NCBI GenBank assembly: GCA_050273025.1
Contig: CP158635.1
Location: 12,834,001-12,898,000, forward strand
DNA length: 64,000 nucleotides
Direction: 5' to 3'
Origin: Cenococcum geophilum
Taxonomy: Eukaryota
Shown one piece after another: positions 1-13,525 of the stretch. Numbering within the stretch: position 1 is the stretch's first letter; the number at the start of each line of letters is the position of its first letter. The notes under the pieces are model-generated. The model saw only the letters and a program-made list of their open reading frames with translations, was not told where the DNA came from and made no database searches. The position numbers and the translations under genes are program-made.

Positions 1-1138
1 AAGTAAGCGCCGCTATTAAAATATAACCTATATTAAAGCGGAACAGAGGACGTTTAAAGGGATTAAAGAATAAGTAACAATTGCTATAATTTACAGGCGA
101 GGCCACGGCGTATACTGGCAATAAAGCTTAATTTAGAAAGCACCCTTCCTAGACCTAGTCTGTTACTCTATACCAGCTAAGCAGATTATTTATATATTAG
201 AGAACAGGCCCGTTTATAACTAGGGTTTATTTAACTAGAGTTTATAACCTACTAGTGACCCACTAGTAGTAACCTATACTAATAACTTATACTATTCCAC
301 GTATATACTACGTAAATAACGCATAAGGCTAAAATATGGGTTAGTGGCGGATCTAATAGGTATATAGCCTTACCGTCCTAATCTAGCTATATATAAATAA
401 CCTATAACCTACCCACAAAGTATATACGGCGCTACGCCGGTATAGCATAAGGCTAAAGCAGGGTTAGTAGCGGATTTAATAGGTATATAGCCTTACCGTC
501 TACAAATCTGGCTGTATATAAATAACCTATAACCTACTCGCGAGGTACTAGCGACCTACCTATATAAATAAGCTTTGGAATATTTCTGGTCTACTAAATT
601 TAGGCAACAGTATTAAGCTCTACTAGCTTTACCTATTAAATGGACTAATTAGGATTTTCTATACTAGGTATATAAAATCGCTACTAGCTTAGTTAAATGC
701 GGGGGAGTCTTAGCAAGGCTAATCTAACTAATTAGACAACTTTAGCCACCAGTTAAAGTTCCTTAATATCTTCGCGCCGCGTATATATACTACCTATCTC
801 TCTATACGCAAAATCAAGACGCTCTTTCCCCTCCAAATTTTTTCCTTACTAAGGTTTTTTATGGGGTTTTATTAAGGCTTAAGTATATAAAGGATCGGGG
901 ACAACCCTTTTTAAAGGGGGGGGCATTGTCAGGTAAAACCTAAGTAGATAGTTATATAGCCGCAAGGTATAGGCAACCCTAGGGCAACCTAGGGATGACT
1001 CGCCTATAAGGTACGTGCTCTATACATACCTAGGGAAAACCCTTTCTACCTCGCACACAGACTCCTCCTTTTCCCTTAAGGATTCGTCTCTGTCTATACA
1101 ATACACCTATTGTTCTATCATTGGACTCCCTATCTACA
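1..1138 (+). mobile_element. 3' end of an LTR retrotransposon (3' region, PPT, 3' LTR 927-1138); rest lies left of the window
   Basis: Purine tract AAAGGGGGGGG at 913-923, then TGTCAGG...CTACA (927-1138). hAT sequence starts directly after it. Partner LTR and TSD not visible. Confidence 0.7.
322..548. repeat. Imperfect tandem duplication (period ~125 bp)
   Basis: GCATAAGGCTAAA...GGTTAGT.GCGGAT.TAATAGGTATATAGCCTTACCGTC...AAATAACCTATAACCTAC occurs at ~322-412 and ~445-538. Confidence 0.85.
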
Positions 1139-1812
1139 TCCTTACCTTATATGTTCTGCTTTAGCTAATATAGCTAGTATAGAAAGGATATTGGAGGCTT
1201 TACCTACTAGATAATTAGAATAAATAACATTAGAAAGAGAAGGTATACTTATAGTAATAAACCGTTCGAATTTATCCTCTATAGAGGCCCACTTAAGTTA
1301 ATCTGGATACTTCCATTACGTATAGGTGTTTATAATAAAATCTAGGTTAATTAGCTAATTCTTATCACTATTAATTAGCGTATACTTATATTCCTTCTGC
1401 TAAAGCCTTTAGGCAGATTTAACTACTTACTTAATTATACCTTTATTATAAAGTTCTAGTAGCCTCTAGTAATTATCTAGATACTGTTTTTAAAGCGTTA
1501 GATTAAGAAGTAAGGCGGCGGCGTACGCAGAAGTCTAATCTGTTAAATTGTAGTACTTATTAAAAGCAATCTATATAGTAAGTAGAGACGCTAAAAGATT
1601 TTGATTTAAGGCGTACTCTTCTTGCTTACTTTTAGCGTAATCTATAAGGAAATCTGTACTCTATAGAACCTTATTAAATATAGTTTAATCGCCTTTTATA
1701 GACTTTATAGCGTCTTTAAAAGGCTTTAAGATTGCGGCTATCTTACGGATAGTCTCCTACTCGTTATTACTGAGCTAATTCTTAGATAGATTTACGGAGT
1801 TCTTTTTAATAA

Positions 1813-2460
1813 GGCCAGCGGTAAATTGACACCCCCTAATTGATATGCGGACACCCCCCAATTGATACGCGGACACCCCCCACTGATTGAGTTTAGTTCC
1901 TTCTTAATCAAGTTAGAATATCACGTGAATTTAAGTTGTTTGCATCCACATCGCGAAAATTAAATTGTTAAAACGTAACCCTTATGACCGTAATGCCTCA
2001 ATTGCGCAGTACCCTGTGAGGCACTGCGTGAACTTATTTGGGTGCTGCTCCCTCTGCTTGATGTCTACGAACCGCCTCTGCGGGCACGCCCGCCCTCGCG
2101 TCTGCGCCTGCGCCCGCGCCCGCGCCGCGTCCACGCGCACGCGCACGTCCACGCGTAGTATACCCGGTACTTTGTTCGAATGCTGATGACTCGCAATGGG
2201 TCGATGTATTAACGCGAACAAAGCCAGCCGCGGCGGCCCTCAACAGTTAGAGGCTGGGAGGAAATAGGTAAGGCAAATGCGAGGTAATGTTTTGGGTATG
2301 GGCGCGCGACGGTCGCGCACTGATGCGGATGCAAACAACTTAAATTCACGTGATATTCTAACTTGATCAGGAAGGAACTAAACTCAATCAGTGGGGGGTG
2401 TCCGTGTATCAATTAGGGGTGTCCGCATATCAATTAGGGGGTGTCAATTTACCGCTGGCC
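1813..2460. mobile_element. Non-autonomous DNA transposon (MITE), 648 bp, ~140-bp TIRs, 8-bp TSD
   Basis: TIRs 1813-~1952 and ~2322-2460 (GGCCAGCGGTAAATTGACACC...). TTTAATAA duplicated at 1805-1812 and 2461-2468. GC-rich interior with little RIP. Confidence 0.93.
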
Positions 2461-3150
2461 TTTAATAAAGACTTAAATTAAACTCTTAAGATCAATTACT
2501 AACTGTTACGGCTCGTACAAATGCCTCTGAACCGAAGCTTGTAGAATGCTATATTACGAAGATACTAAGCTAAAAAGAAGGAAAAGGGGTCGCTAGGACC
2601 GATGTAAATAAATATATAGGGTGAGCCGCTAAGGCGCTAGCTTTGGGCGGGCCAATCGCAGGTCAGCAGAATATGGCAGAATTTGGTAGGTAATGTGCAA
2701 TAGCGCCGTTATATTACCCCCCTCTTTAAAAGAAAGCCTGCCCTTAGGCTTAGTTAGAAATAGGGTAGCACTAGGCTTATAAATATAGGATTATAAAATA
2801 GACATGTCTATATGGCTAAGCGAGCACTATAGCAGCACCCCTGTATCTCAGCAACACTAACATCATCAACATTTACAAAATTGAGCCTTGCTTGCTTGCT
2901 TTCTATATTAGTCTCATTTAAGAGCTAATGCCTTATTTACTTAATTTCTAATAATTAATTGTTGCTGTTAATAACTTAATAACCTATACGCTCGTCTAAA
3001 CCTTCGTAAATCGTCCGTAAAAACCTTAAAAACTTAACTAATAACGATATACTTGACGAGCTAAACTCCTTAAAGGTTACCTACTAGTCTCCCTTACCTT
3101 CCCCTATACCTTTAGGCGATACGCCAGCGTCACAGTCTCTATCCTCTATA

Positions 3151-4086
3151 ATGGCGCCTCTCTCCGCGGCTTAACGCGAGACTTTAGCTGCTGAAAAAGC
3201 TAAAGAATGGCTTTAGTAACTATATAAGGAGGACCTAAGGATTAGAAGTGCTTAGGTAAAGGAGGTTAAGGACTAGGCAACCAATTAGAAAATAAAACTC
3301 CTTTAGGAACAGGAAGACCGTACTAAAATACTACGCGTCTAAAAAAAACAGGAAGATTAGGCGACTAAACTCTATATATTAAGCCTCGCTATAGTAATAG
3401 CAAGATTAGCTACGGTAGTGTTATTCTTAACCCCAATTAATAAACTAGGTAAGTTGCTCCTATCTATAGCTAATATCCTAAATACCTTCCTCCCTGGCGT
3501 CCCGAATAAAGAGATACTTAAGGTATTTTAGGGTACTTTCTTGCCTAATAACCTCTCTCGCCTCTAGATACACTAGCTCTGGTCTAAGCCTCAGAATAAT
3601 ATCCTTATTATTAATAGCGTCCTTTCTATAAGACCGAAAGAAGGGATAATAAAGGACTACCCGTCTGTTAAAGTGTGGGTAAAGGGCTTCCTTAACTATA
3701 TAATAATTTTAATTGTTATATATAAGAATCTTTCAGTAGATCTTATTCCCTAAATGCTTGCCTTCTATAATTAAGTTATCTAGCTATCTACCACCTACTA
3801 AATTACTCCCTTAATAACTATGGCCTTGGAGCACCACTTTATAGTTATTTAAAAGAACTAGTTAGAGCTAGCTAACTAGAAGATCTCTAGTAACTTCCTA
3901 GATATTTATTACAATCCTAGTACTTATAAATCCGCATCTATCTTAAAACGCGCGTAAGTAAGTACTAATATCTTAAGGACCTATTATAGCTTTAATAGAG
4001 GGAAGTGTAACTTAGGTAAGGATTATAAGTTCCTATATACCTATAGCAAGTACGGTAGCCCGTATGCTGCGAGAAATTATAAGTAG
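3151..4086 (+). pseudogene. Ngaro gag-like ORF1 with C-terminal Cys/His finger
   Basis: ATG at 3151. ~3980-4080 de-RIPs to C..FNRGKCNLGKDCKFLHTCSKCGSPHAARNC. Many RIP stops. Confidence 0.7.
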
Positions 4087-4199
4087 TAATTACTAGAGGA
4101 AAGTGTTAATAAGGAAAAGGAAGAGGAGGAAGAGGATTTTATTAAGCTATACCTATACTCCGCCGAAACCGTGCTCTACCCTTATAGTACAGGTAGGCT

Positions 4200-5850
4200 A
4201 AATACTATACTATTATTTCTAGTCTTTCTGCCCTCCTCTCCTTTATAGGACTCTCCCTTCCCTTTAATTATTTAAGCGTGGGGGCGTTATCTATCCCTAT
4301 ACCCCGGCAACCTTTAATATAATATTATTGGTATCTTAAAGTTCGGATGCCAGATTAGGGCAGACTTAGAAATTAAGCTCCTCTCCTAAAAAAACTAAGC
4401 CTTAATAGCCGCAAATACGGTCCTAATCTTAGAGAAGATTAGCGCCGATTTAGACATAGGTAGGATTGTAATAGTAACGTCTTCCGTTATATCTTTGCCG
4501 CTAGGTTTAGTACCTAAAGCGGATAGGGGATAGCGCCGTATTTATAACTTATTCTTACTATCTAGCTGATCTGTTAACGACTTAATCCCTATAGCATTTG
4601 CTATACTATAATATTTAATAGTTAATTAGGTTCTCTAACACGTTATATGTGCAGGCCGTAGTTATATAATTATTAAGAGGGATATTAAGGACGCCTTTCG
4701 GAATATTCCACTTTCTATTAAAGCTTAATGCCTTATAGGGTTCTCCTAGAAGGGTGTAGTATATTTTAAACGTTGCCTCTTATTTAGCCTTTAAACTGCA
4801 CCCTTTTTATTTAATCTTTTTATAGAGGGATTCTACTGGATACTTATTTAACATATCCTAAACGCCGCCTTAGAGCACTATCTAGATAACTTTATCTTTA
4901 TACTCTCTAACGCTTCTATCCTCCCTTAATTGCTTAGTGTATATAACTAATTAAGTAATAAATTAGGTATCCTATAAAACGAATTAAAGAATATTAAAGG
5001 CACTACGGCTAAAGTCCTAGGTTATATTATAGATACTCTAAAGTCTAAGCTGCGTCTTTCTCCTTTAAAACAGGCTACTACGATTAAGGAGATTGATAAA
5101 GCGTTAAGTGGTAGATCCCTAACGCTAATTTAGAGTTAAAAACTGGCTGGTAGACTTGCTTAGAGCGCCCGGGTAATTAGGCTTAGGCGTTTATACAACC
5201 GCTCTATCTAGGAGTTTATCTCCACTTTTATAAAGGTAGGTGGTTATCCTTACTAACGGCTAATAGCTGAACTTCGCCAAGACTTATTATAGTGGAGGGA
5301 TGCTCTTACCCTTTTAAATAGTATCCTCTTCTTTAATAATACGGATTAAAAATAATTCCATCTCTTCTTAGATATATTTAGGATTCTTAGTTACAGGGCC
5401 TTCTTCTTCCTTAAAGATTCTTAAGGGATAATATGGCCGCCCTATTTGGTATCTCTACCCTAAGACGATTCTTTAAGCTGCTACCCTAATATAGAATACC
5501 GCCTTGCCCTAATTAATAAGTGGGAGGTCTAAGCGATTACGACCTCGTTCTAGCTCTAGGCAATATAGTAAGAGTATAACTTAGTCTGTATCCATATGGA
5601 TAATATAGTAGCACTTTTAGAATTCTAAAATACGGTAGTAAAAGGACTAGGTAATTACCCGCTCTATAAAATCCTCTAACTAGCCACAGCTTATAATATT
5701 ACGCTCTATATAGAGTAGGTTTCCTCTATAGAAAACGGGCTAGCTAATACTCTATCTCGTTTTAATCGCGATAGGGTATTATTACTATGCCCGTATTAGG
5801 ATACTTCTAATTTACTATTACTATACGCTTCTTTATTATATTTAATCTAA
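4200..5850 (+). pseudogene. Ngaro reverse transcriptase / RNase H
   Basis: LGLVPK ~4500; KRDIKDAFRNIP ~4675-4710; HYLDNF (=HYLDDF) 4876-4893; HMDN (=HTDN) ~5594; ENGLANTLSR (=ENGLADALSR) ~5731-5760. Ends approximate. Confidence 0.88.
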
Positions 5851-5899
5851 CGCTAAAATAGGAGATCTGGTCCCTCTTAAAGACCCCCTACCTAATTTC

Positions 5900-6980
5900 T
5901 AGATTAAGGTAAAAGCCCCCTTAGAATACTTTGGCTAACTATTATAGCATAGCCTCTTTAATAGAATAAGAGATTTATATCGTCCCGCAATTAAGAGTTA
6001 AGAGGGCTACTGCAACTTTTATAGAGCGGTAAAATACCTAGTGTCCCTCTACTACCTAGGAGAATGGATTACCTAACGGATCTTTAGTAATACTAGTCTA
6101 GGAATAAGCCGTATTAAGCCTACTATAGTTAGAGCCTACGTCTCCGCAATTTAATCCCACCATATTAACGCTAATTATGACACCTCTGTCTTTAATAATC
6201 CTATTATTAAGAGGATCCTAGACAGTACAACATCTATAAATCCCTCTACTACGGCTAAAAGATTGCTAATTACTAAAGATATTCTCGCCTAATTGGTTAC
6301 CCTAAATGCCCAATCCGTTAAGGATCTTAACTTTAACGCTACTGTTACTACGGCCTTTACGGGATTCCTTTATTTAGGCAAGATTACCTATACTAAGGCT
6401 TAGAAAGATAGCTATGCCTTCTCTACTATAAAATATACCAGAAATAATATAACGCTGGTAGAGGACTATATAATATTACGTCTAAAGTATAGTAAAACGG
6501 ACGTTAATTACTAAGAAGTCTTAATTATAATTGCCGCTTTAGGGTAACCTAAATACGCAGTTTAAGCTATAAAATACCTGTTTAAAAATAACCCCTAACC
6601 CAGAAACGCCCCTCTCTTTTACTTTAAGAGATTAGCCTTTATAAGCTACGTAGTTAGGAATAAGCTAAAGTATAAAGTCGCCGCTTTTAGCCTCTACTTT
6701 AAGCTCTATAACGGATACTTGTTTTAAAAAGGTACTGCTTAATATACTTAAGATAATGGTTTTATGGACGGCTAAATATAGTAACTAAGCCGGTGGTCCT
6801 TATAAGCGTTCTAGCTTTACTATTTATTATCCCCAAAAAACCTATTTTAGCTAAGTGTAAACTTCTAACGTGGAACGCTAATACCGTTCTTATTATTACT
6901 TGCCCTAAATATAATAGGCGAAGGTATTTAGGTATAACGGCATGCAGGAGTGCCTATTTTGGCACTCTAATATATTAACT
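5900..6980 (+). pseudogene. Ngaro tyrosine recombinase
   Basis: FTGFLYLGKIT (=FAGFLRLGEIT) ~6356-6388; SKTD ~6490; GYLF*KGTA (=GHSFRKGAA) ~6713-6740; LSRWSL*AF*LY (=LGRWSSQAFQLY) ~6785-6820. Ends approximate. Confidence 0.88.
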
Positions 6981-9900
6981 TAAATCTCTCCTTTCCCCCC
7001 CTTTTTTATTTTTTATTTTTTATTCCCCCTACTCTACCTTATGTAGTACGGGCGCTGCGCTTCTAGGTCTATAGGTATTACGTTTAGTTAAGGTAAGGCA
7101 ATCCCCTGTAAATAGCCTTACGAATATACCCATTCTTAATTAATACCTTTAAGCCCGTACCCACTAATTAGATTAATTAATCCTCTTCTCCGCAAGCGTG
7201 TAAATAATAGATGGACATATCTATGTGGCTAAGCAAGCACTGCAGCAGCACCCCTGCATCTCAGTAACACTAATATTATCAATATTTACAAAATTGAGCC
7301 TTGCTTGCTTGCTTTCCCTCCCACCTATACCTTTTTCTTTGGTTGCATATTTTAGGCTTTATAAATAGATATTATAGCGATATGCTTGCGCACGGGTCTA
7401 TGGGCATTACGTTTAGTTAAGGCAGGGCAATCCCCTGTAAATGGCCTTGCGAATATACCCATTCTTAATTAATGCCTTTAAGCCCGTACCCACCAATTAG
7501 ATTAATTAATCCTCTTCTCTGTAAGCGTGTGAATAATAGATATAAGATAAAGAGATAAACGGGATATAAGTACGTCTAGACTAAGTATAAAGGGCGATTA
7601 TAGGCTAAGTGGAAGCACTAGGCTAGAAAGAGTAGCTATTAAAAGTCTTAGCACGGATCTAACCAATTAGATAACTTTAACCGGCGGTTAAAGTTCCTAG
7701 ATATTTAAAATTTTACGGTACTGGCAGAAAACGGTAGAATTTGGCAGATAGCTGTATTAGGGCTTTAGGGCGTTTTTATCCCTATATTCTTCCGGTAACT
7801 TATCGTCTTTATTATACTAGTATTCTATCTATTTATCTAGGTACTTTAGGGGTCTAGGCGTATTAGGGTATTAGTTATAGAATTCTTTAAGCTTCTAGGG
7901 GCAGCCTATAAAGTTCTATATAGGGTACTAGGTTAAGTCAGGATCGTAGCCCTTTTATTAGACATGGTATTTTAGCGTTCCCCATACTATCTTATAGGCT
8001 AGTATTTTGTTAACCTCCTATTCGTTATTACCGTTTACTTAAACTAGTAGAGAAGGCTCGTTCTTTTATTTAGGTAATAGGTTGTTTATAGCTTTCTATA
8101 ACTTATCTAGTAAGAAAATAGGGTAAACCCTAATTAAATTTGGGAGCTTTATCTTATATAAGTTGCCTATCTTTTTAAAAACCTTATACAGTCTTACTAT
8201 CTAGTAGTCTAGCTTATAGCTAGATCGTTCGGTTTTCCAATTCCTTATTATAACCCAGACTATATCGCTAGGGGTAAAATCGGGCTCCCGACGGTGTTTA
8301 TTCGCCTACTATTCTATTAACCTCTAAGCTTTTTTTAGGTTCTTATAGGCTACCGTCTAGGCTTCCTTTAATCGTTTAGCGTACTGCTAGGCCTTAGTAT
8401 AGGATAGCTTCTCTTATACAGTCTAGGGTTCTTCTAGCCTTTTCCAGTTAAAGCTTATATAGGGTAAGTATCCTATTTCTAGCTAAATAGGGGCAAACCC
8501 TATAGAGTTATAGGGTAGGGTTGCTTGCGCGTAGTCTATTAAGGGTAGTAGTTCAGACCAGTTATTCTAAAAATAGTTAATAAAGGGCCTAAGCCTCTGG
8601 TTTAGGTACTAATTTATAATCTCTATCTAACCGTCTATCTGGGGGTAATAAGCCGTAGAAGGCCTTAGCTTAATACCTAGGATCTAGGTAAACTTATTCT
8701 AGAAGGCCGATATAAACTATGGCCTATAATTAAATATAATAGTATCTAGTAGTCCGTAGATTTAGTAGACGTAATAGATATATAGCCAGGCTGCCTCTTT
8801 AGCATTAATGTTCTTATAATAGGGAATTAAGAACGGGCGTTTACTAAAGCGGTCAACTATAACTATAACCATATTATATCCGTTACGGTCCCTAGGTAGT
8901 TTATAAAAGTCTATAAAAATATACTATTAAGGGCGTTCTAGTATTAAGAGTGGCTTAAATAGTCCTAGGGTCTTATCCCATAGGATTATAGCTCTCTAGT
9001 AGTCTTTATAGTTCCGTATATATTAATCAATATCCGTAACCATTCTTAGCCAATAGTAGCGGCAGTTAATGATTTTACGGGTCTTATTTTTGCTAGGGTG
9101 TGCTATAGACACTTAGCAATAAGCTTTACGGATTAGTTTAGTCTATAAATTATTAACATTAGGGACTATAAGCCGCTCCTAGTATAGGAGCAATTCTTTC
9201 TCCGTCTTAAAATTAGGGTCTCCTTTCGCGGCTTATTTGCGGAGGGCCCTTAAGGCGTTAGCCATGCGGTTTATAGTTAGGAGGCGGTTAATTAGCCCTA
9301 TTAGCTTATCTAAGAACTCCTTTATCGGTGCTAGCTCGTTTTACTAGGAGTTTAGCTCCTTAAGGATCTGTAGGTTAAGCTGTTCTAGATAGAGAAGGGC
9401 GCGCGTCCGATATTAGGTCTTTAGCTTATCCTAGGGTTCTACATCTTATTCTTTTTAGGTTAGGGCATTAGCCTTAAAGTTTTGCTTGCTAGAATAATAT
9501 ATAATCATAAAAAAGAATTAGAAGAGTATTTTAGCCTACTAGGCTTATTATCTAGTAAGCTGCTTTATAGTTATAAAGTACTCTAGGGCTTTATAATCTA
9601 TATATATTTTAATCCGGAAGTTTATACCTTTAAGCTCTACGCGCTATTAGAAGAGTAATTAAATAATAGCTAGCATTTTTTTTATCGTGTACTTTATAGT
9701 TATACTTAGCTAGGTTTATTATCTTTAAGAAAAAAGCTATAGGGTACTATTCACCGTCTAGATATAACTGTAATAGGATTCCCGCTATAACCCTATTAGA
9801 GGCGTCCGTTTCTAGCATTAATTTAAGGTCTAGGTTATAGTAATAAAGAATTAAGGAAGAGATAAGCTAATCCTTTATCTCTTTAAAGACGTCTATATAG

Positions 9901-12900
9901 CTATTATTAAAAATAAAAGGCGTATCCTTTCTAGTTAGTTATATAAGAGGTTTTACTATAATTCTATAGTTATAGATAAACTAGCGGTAGAAGTTATAAA
10001 AGCTAAAGAAGGATTAGATTCCTTTTATTATATAAGGGGGCTTCTAGTTACGGATTACCTTTACCTTCTTAGGGTTAACCTTAATTCCTTCTATAGTTAC
10101 GATAAACCTAAGGTATTTTATACATTTTATCCTAAACTCGCATTTCTTAATATTAACTTATAAGCCCGCGTTCCATAGTCTCTCCAGGACCTTTTTAACA
10201 TAAACTTAATACTTAAGTTCGTTGTTTAAGTATATAAAAATGTCGTCTAGGTATGCCGTACAGAATTTATTAAGGTAATTAAAAAGAATATTATTTATAT
10301 ACCTTTAGTACGTAGCCGGTCCGTTTATTAGTCTAAAAAAAAGAACTTTATATTTATAGGAACTATAACGGGTACGGAATGTTATTAAATCTTTAAATAT
10401 AGGGTCTATTCTGATTTGGTAGAAAGCTTAGCAGATATTAAGTTTAATAAAGATCTTTGCCTAGCTTAGACGTATAAGGGTCTTATTAATTAAAGGAATA
10501 AAATACCGGTTCTTTTAAGTAATAGCGTTTAGCTTCTAATAGTTAATATAAAAATAAAGGCCTCTATTAGGCTTTTTTATAAATAAAATAGGGGAAGTAA
10601 AAAGGGCTTAACTTAGCTTAATAAACCCTTTATCTAGGTTATTAATTAAGTACTACTTTATTGCTTTTAGCTTATCCGTTAATTAATAGTAGAGGGGGCT
10701 ATAGCCTAGCGAGTTATTAGCTTCTAATTAAATCTTATAATTATATATCTGGTAGGGGGGTAACTTATCTAAGGCTGCCTTTAAGAATGCATCCTTATAG
10801 TCTATATAAATAGTAGGAAGGAGGCGTTTAACTAGTTCCTTATTAGTTTCCTTAGCTAGCCTTTCCTCTCTATTATTAATAATTCGGTTAATCTTATATA
10901 GGCTTATTATAAAGACGTTATTATCCTTCCGGTATATATTAAAGTGGAACGTTATAGCGCTAATTGCGGTAATATTTACGGTGGGGGGGTTACCTAATAA
11001 TAGGGGTATACATAACTTTAGGGACTTCTAGGGTACTAGCGTTATTATTACTCCTTTTAGCTCCTATTGCATCTTTTAGAGGTTATCCCTTATATCCTAT
11101 TAATACGTTCTTTTCTATACCGGTTAAATCTATATAATTTAGACGTTATCTACGTTACTATCTATCCTACTTTTATATATAGAGTCCTCTTTAAATATAG
11201 CGCTTTAGGAGAGTATCTTTATTAGTACAGAGTTCTTTCTAGCTTCGCGGCGGGCGTCTTCTTAGGTAAAGGCTAGGTTACGGGCCCGGACATCCTACTA
11301 GTAGGTAAAGTTAGCCCTTACAGCTAGTGTTTTGCGGTTAGTTTAGATCTCCTTAATAAAGGAGGGTAACCTTAGTCTATTCTCCGGCTAGACGAACCGT
11401 CTTTATTACACGTTTAGCTAAATATTAAAATAGGACATCTATTTTCGTCTAAGGATTATATTATAGGACCCTAGGTCTAGAATGCAAAAGGGGATACTAT
11501 ATTAGCGTTATCCGTTAAGAGCAATATGCAACTTTAAAACGTAGGTAACAGGCCGACTGACTTGGCCGATATAGCCTTTTACCTAGATAGGCTTCTCTAG
11601 TTAGATAGCTTCTGCATTTAGAAACTTAGTAACATTATTCATATAGGTAGTATTTATAAAGGCGAAGCCATTTACTCTAGTATTAATAAGGGCGGTTATA
11701 TTAACTCTATATCTATTTTAAGATACTATATATAAAACTATAAAATACTTTCCACCTATTAACTAACTAAGATTAATCTCTTTAAGATTAATAGGGTACC
11801 CTAGGGGGAAGTCTTTCCCTAGGGTTCTTCTTTTCCCGACTTATTAGACGTTTCTCCTTTCTCTATCTCCTTAATATCGCCTATATCCTTTAGCTCCGGG
11901 CAGGATAAGGTAAAGTAACCCTACTTATTACAATTATAGCACATAGCCGAGGTAGGGTTGATTGGAGTATTGCGGCAAATACTAGTTAATGGCGTGGTAT
12001 ATAACTAGTCGGGCGAGGCTCGCCGGTACATAGTTATAACCGCCTTTAGTATAAGAGTAGTCGTAACTTATCTTCCTACTTTAGCTTCTATAGGTATAGC
12101 TAGCAAGTTCTAATTATTATAGAGTCGCTTCTGCTAATTAGGGCAGGCGTTAATCCGCTTTAGTTTTAGGTTTAATAATAGGTAGTAAGCTATAAGTCTT
12201 TTATAGGTTAATAGGTTATCTAGGGTTATAGCGATCTTTTCTTATAGCCGGATTGTTAGCTTATTATATAGGTCTAATTAGTAGTTCTTAAGGGGAACCT
12301 AGCCTTCTCTTATAAGGTGTAGGAATTAAGTCTAGAATTTGGCAAAGGGTTAGTTTAGTTTTATTATTAGGCGATTATAGTTATAACAGGCATCCCGTAC
12401 TTTATTTAGGTTAACATAAATAGCTGCTAGGTGCCGTATTATCTCATTAATAGATATAAATCGGATAGGGGAGTTGTCCTTAAACTTAGCTTAAAGGTGC
12501 CGTTAGGCGTCCCCAGTAGTTCGACTAAAAAGGTAAAGCATTTTAACTTCTTTAGAAAGAAAATAGTTATAGTTAACGCGGAGCTTTCCTTATACTTAAA
12601 TCCTCTAATTCTTAAAGATAGGGTCTATCCCGTTAGATAGTAGTAGGGGGTTAGGGAGCTTAACGGACTTTAATTACTTCATTATTATATCCGTACTCCC
12701 TAGTATATCGCATTTAGTGGAGTGAATAAGTCGGCTAGGGCTTTAAGAAGGGGAAGCTGGGCTATTTTATAGGGCCGTGAGGCTTTCTAGGATCTTTTAT
12801 AGGGTCTCTTGTATATTTCTCGCTTTAAGACAATTGGCTTCCTAGCTAGCTATAAGGGCACGAATCTGCTCGCGTACGTCTATAATATTATTATTGTCTT

Positions 12901-13525
12901 CAATTTCTGATCCCAATTAGATCTTAGGTTCCTCTTAGGTAGAGGCAGCTCTCTTAAATAAGCTTACTTTAGGTGCCATCGTTAGCTTCCTAAGGTTCGT
13001 CGGTATTATACGCTTTAGTTTCGATTTTAGGGGTATAGGTCTAGTCCTATCTAGCTTATAAGGTAGGATATTATCTAGGCCTTCCTAGGTAATATAGAGT
13101 TATTTTAGTGTCTAAGTATAGTATATTAATGCGTCGTTGCAGACGAAGTTTCTTTAGGGTAGGATATTATTAAGGTCTTCCCAGGCAAGGTAGGGTGAGC
13201 TTAGTATAATGTTATGGCTCGTATAAATGCCTCTAAACCGAAGCTTGTAGAATGCTATATTACGAAAATACTAAGCTAAAGAGAAGGAAAAGGGGTTGCT
13301 AGGACCGATGTAAACAAATATATAGAGTAAGCTGCTAAGGCGCTAGCTTTAGGCGGGCTAATCGCAGGTCGGCAGAATATAGCAGAATTTGGCAGGTAAC
13401 GTGCAATAGCGCCGTTACACTAACTCTAGTATAGTAAGCCACAAGTTCCATTATATATTATTATCGCGCAATATTATCTTATAGGCGAGCTTTAGAAAGC
13501 TTTAATATCGCTCTATTAAAGCTCT

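Larger units (their letters stand above)
2798..7541 (+). mobile_element. Ngaro-type tyrosine-recombinase retrotransposon, complete, RIP-inactivated
   Basis: Split direct repeats A1 2798-2903, B1 7066-7212, A2 7211-7316, B2 7395-7541. Contains gag, RT/RNase H and YR remnants. No conventional TSD. Confidence 0.93.
2504..13419 (-). mobile_element. Gypsy/chromovirus LTR retrotransposon A, full length, RIP-inactivated
   Basis: LTRs 2504-2713 and 13210-13419; TSD CTAAC. Reverse PPT at ~2714-2727. Minus strand: gag start MAPK ~12979, CYNC zinc knuckle ~11920, protease ALINTRVNGFAF (=ALIDTGANGFAF) ~11660-11694, RT AYLDD 10242-10256, RNase H, integrase, chromodomain ~7900-8030. Confidence 0.95.

Noticed and set aside
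707..770. Hammerhead ribozyme in the shared hairpin module
   Set aside because: A de-RIPped reading gives CTGACCGA and GAAG rather than CUGANGA and GAAA; the core could not be built.
1965..2412. Four short ORFs in the MITE
   Set aside because: Low-complexity GC-rich frames with no transposase motif.
5900..6980. Starship captain or Crypton recombinase
   Set aside because: The YR is linked to RT/RNase H inside split direct repeats, which identifies a Ngaro element.
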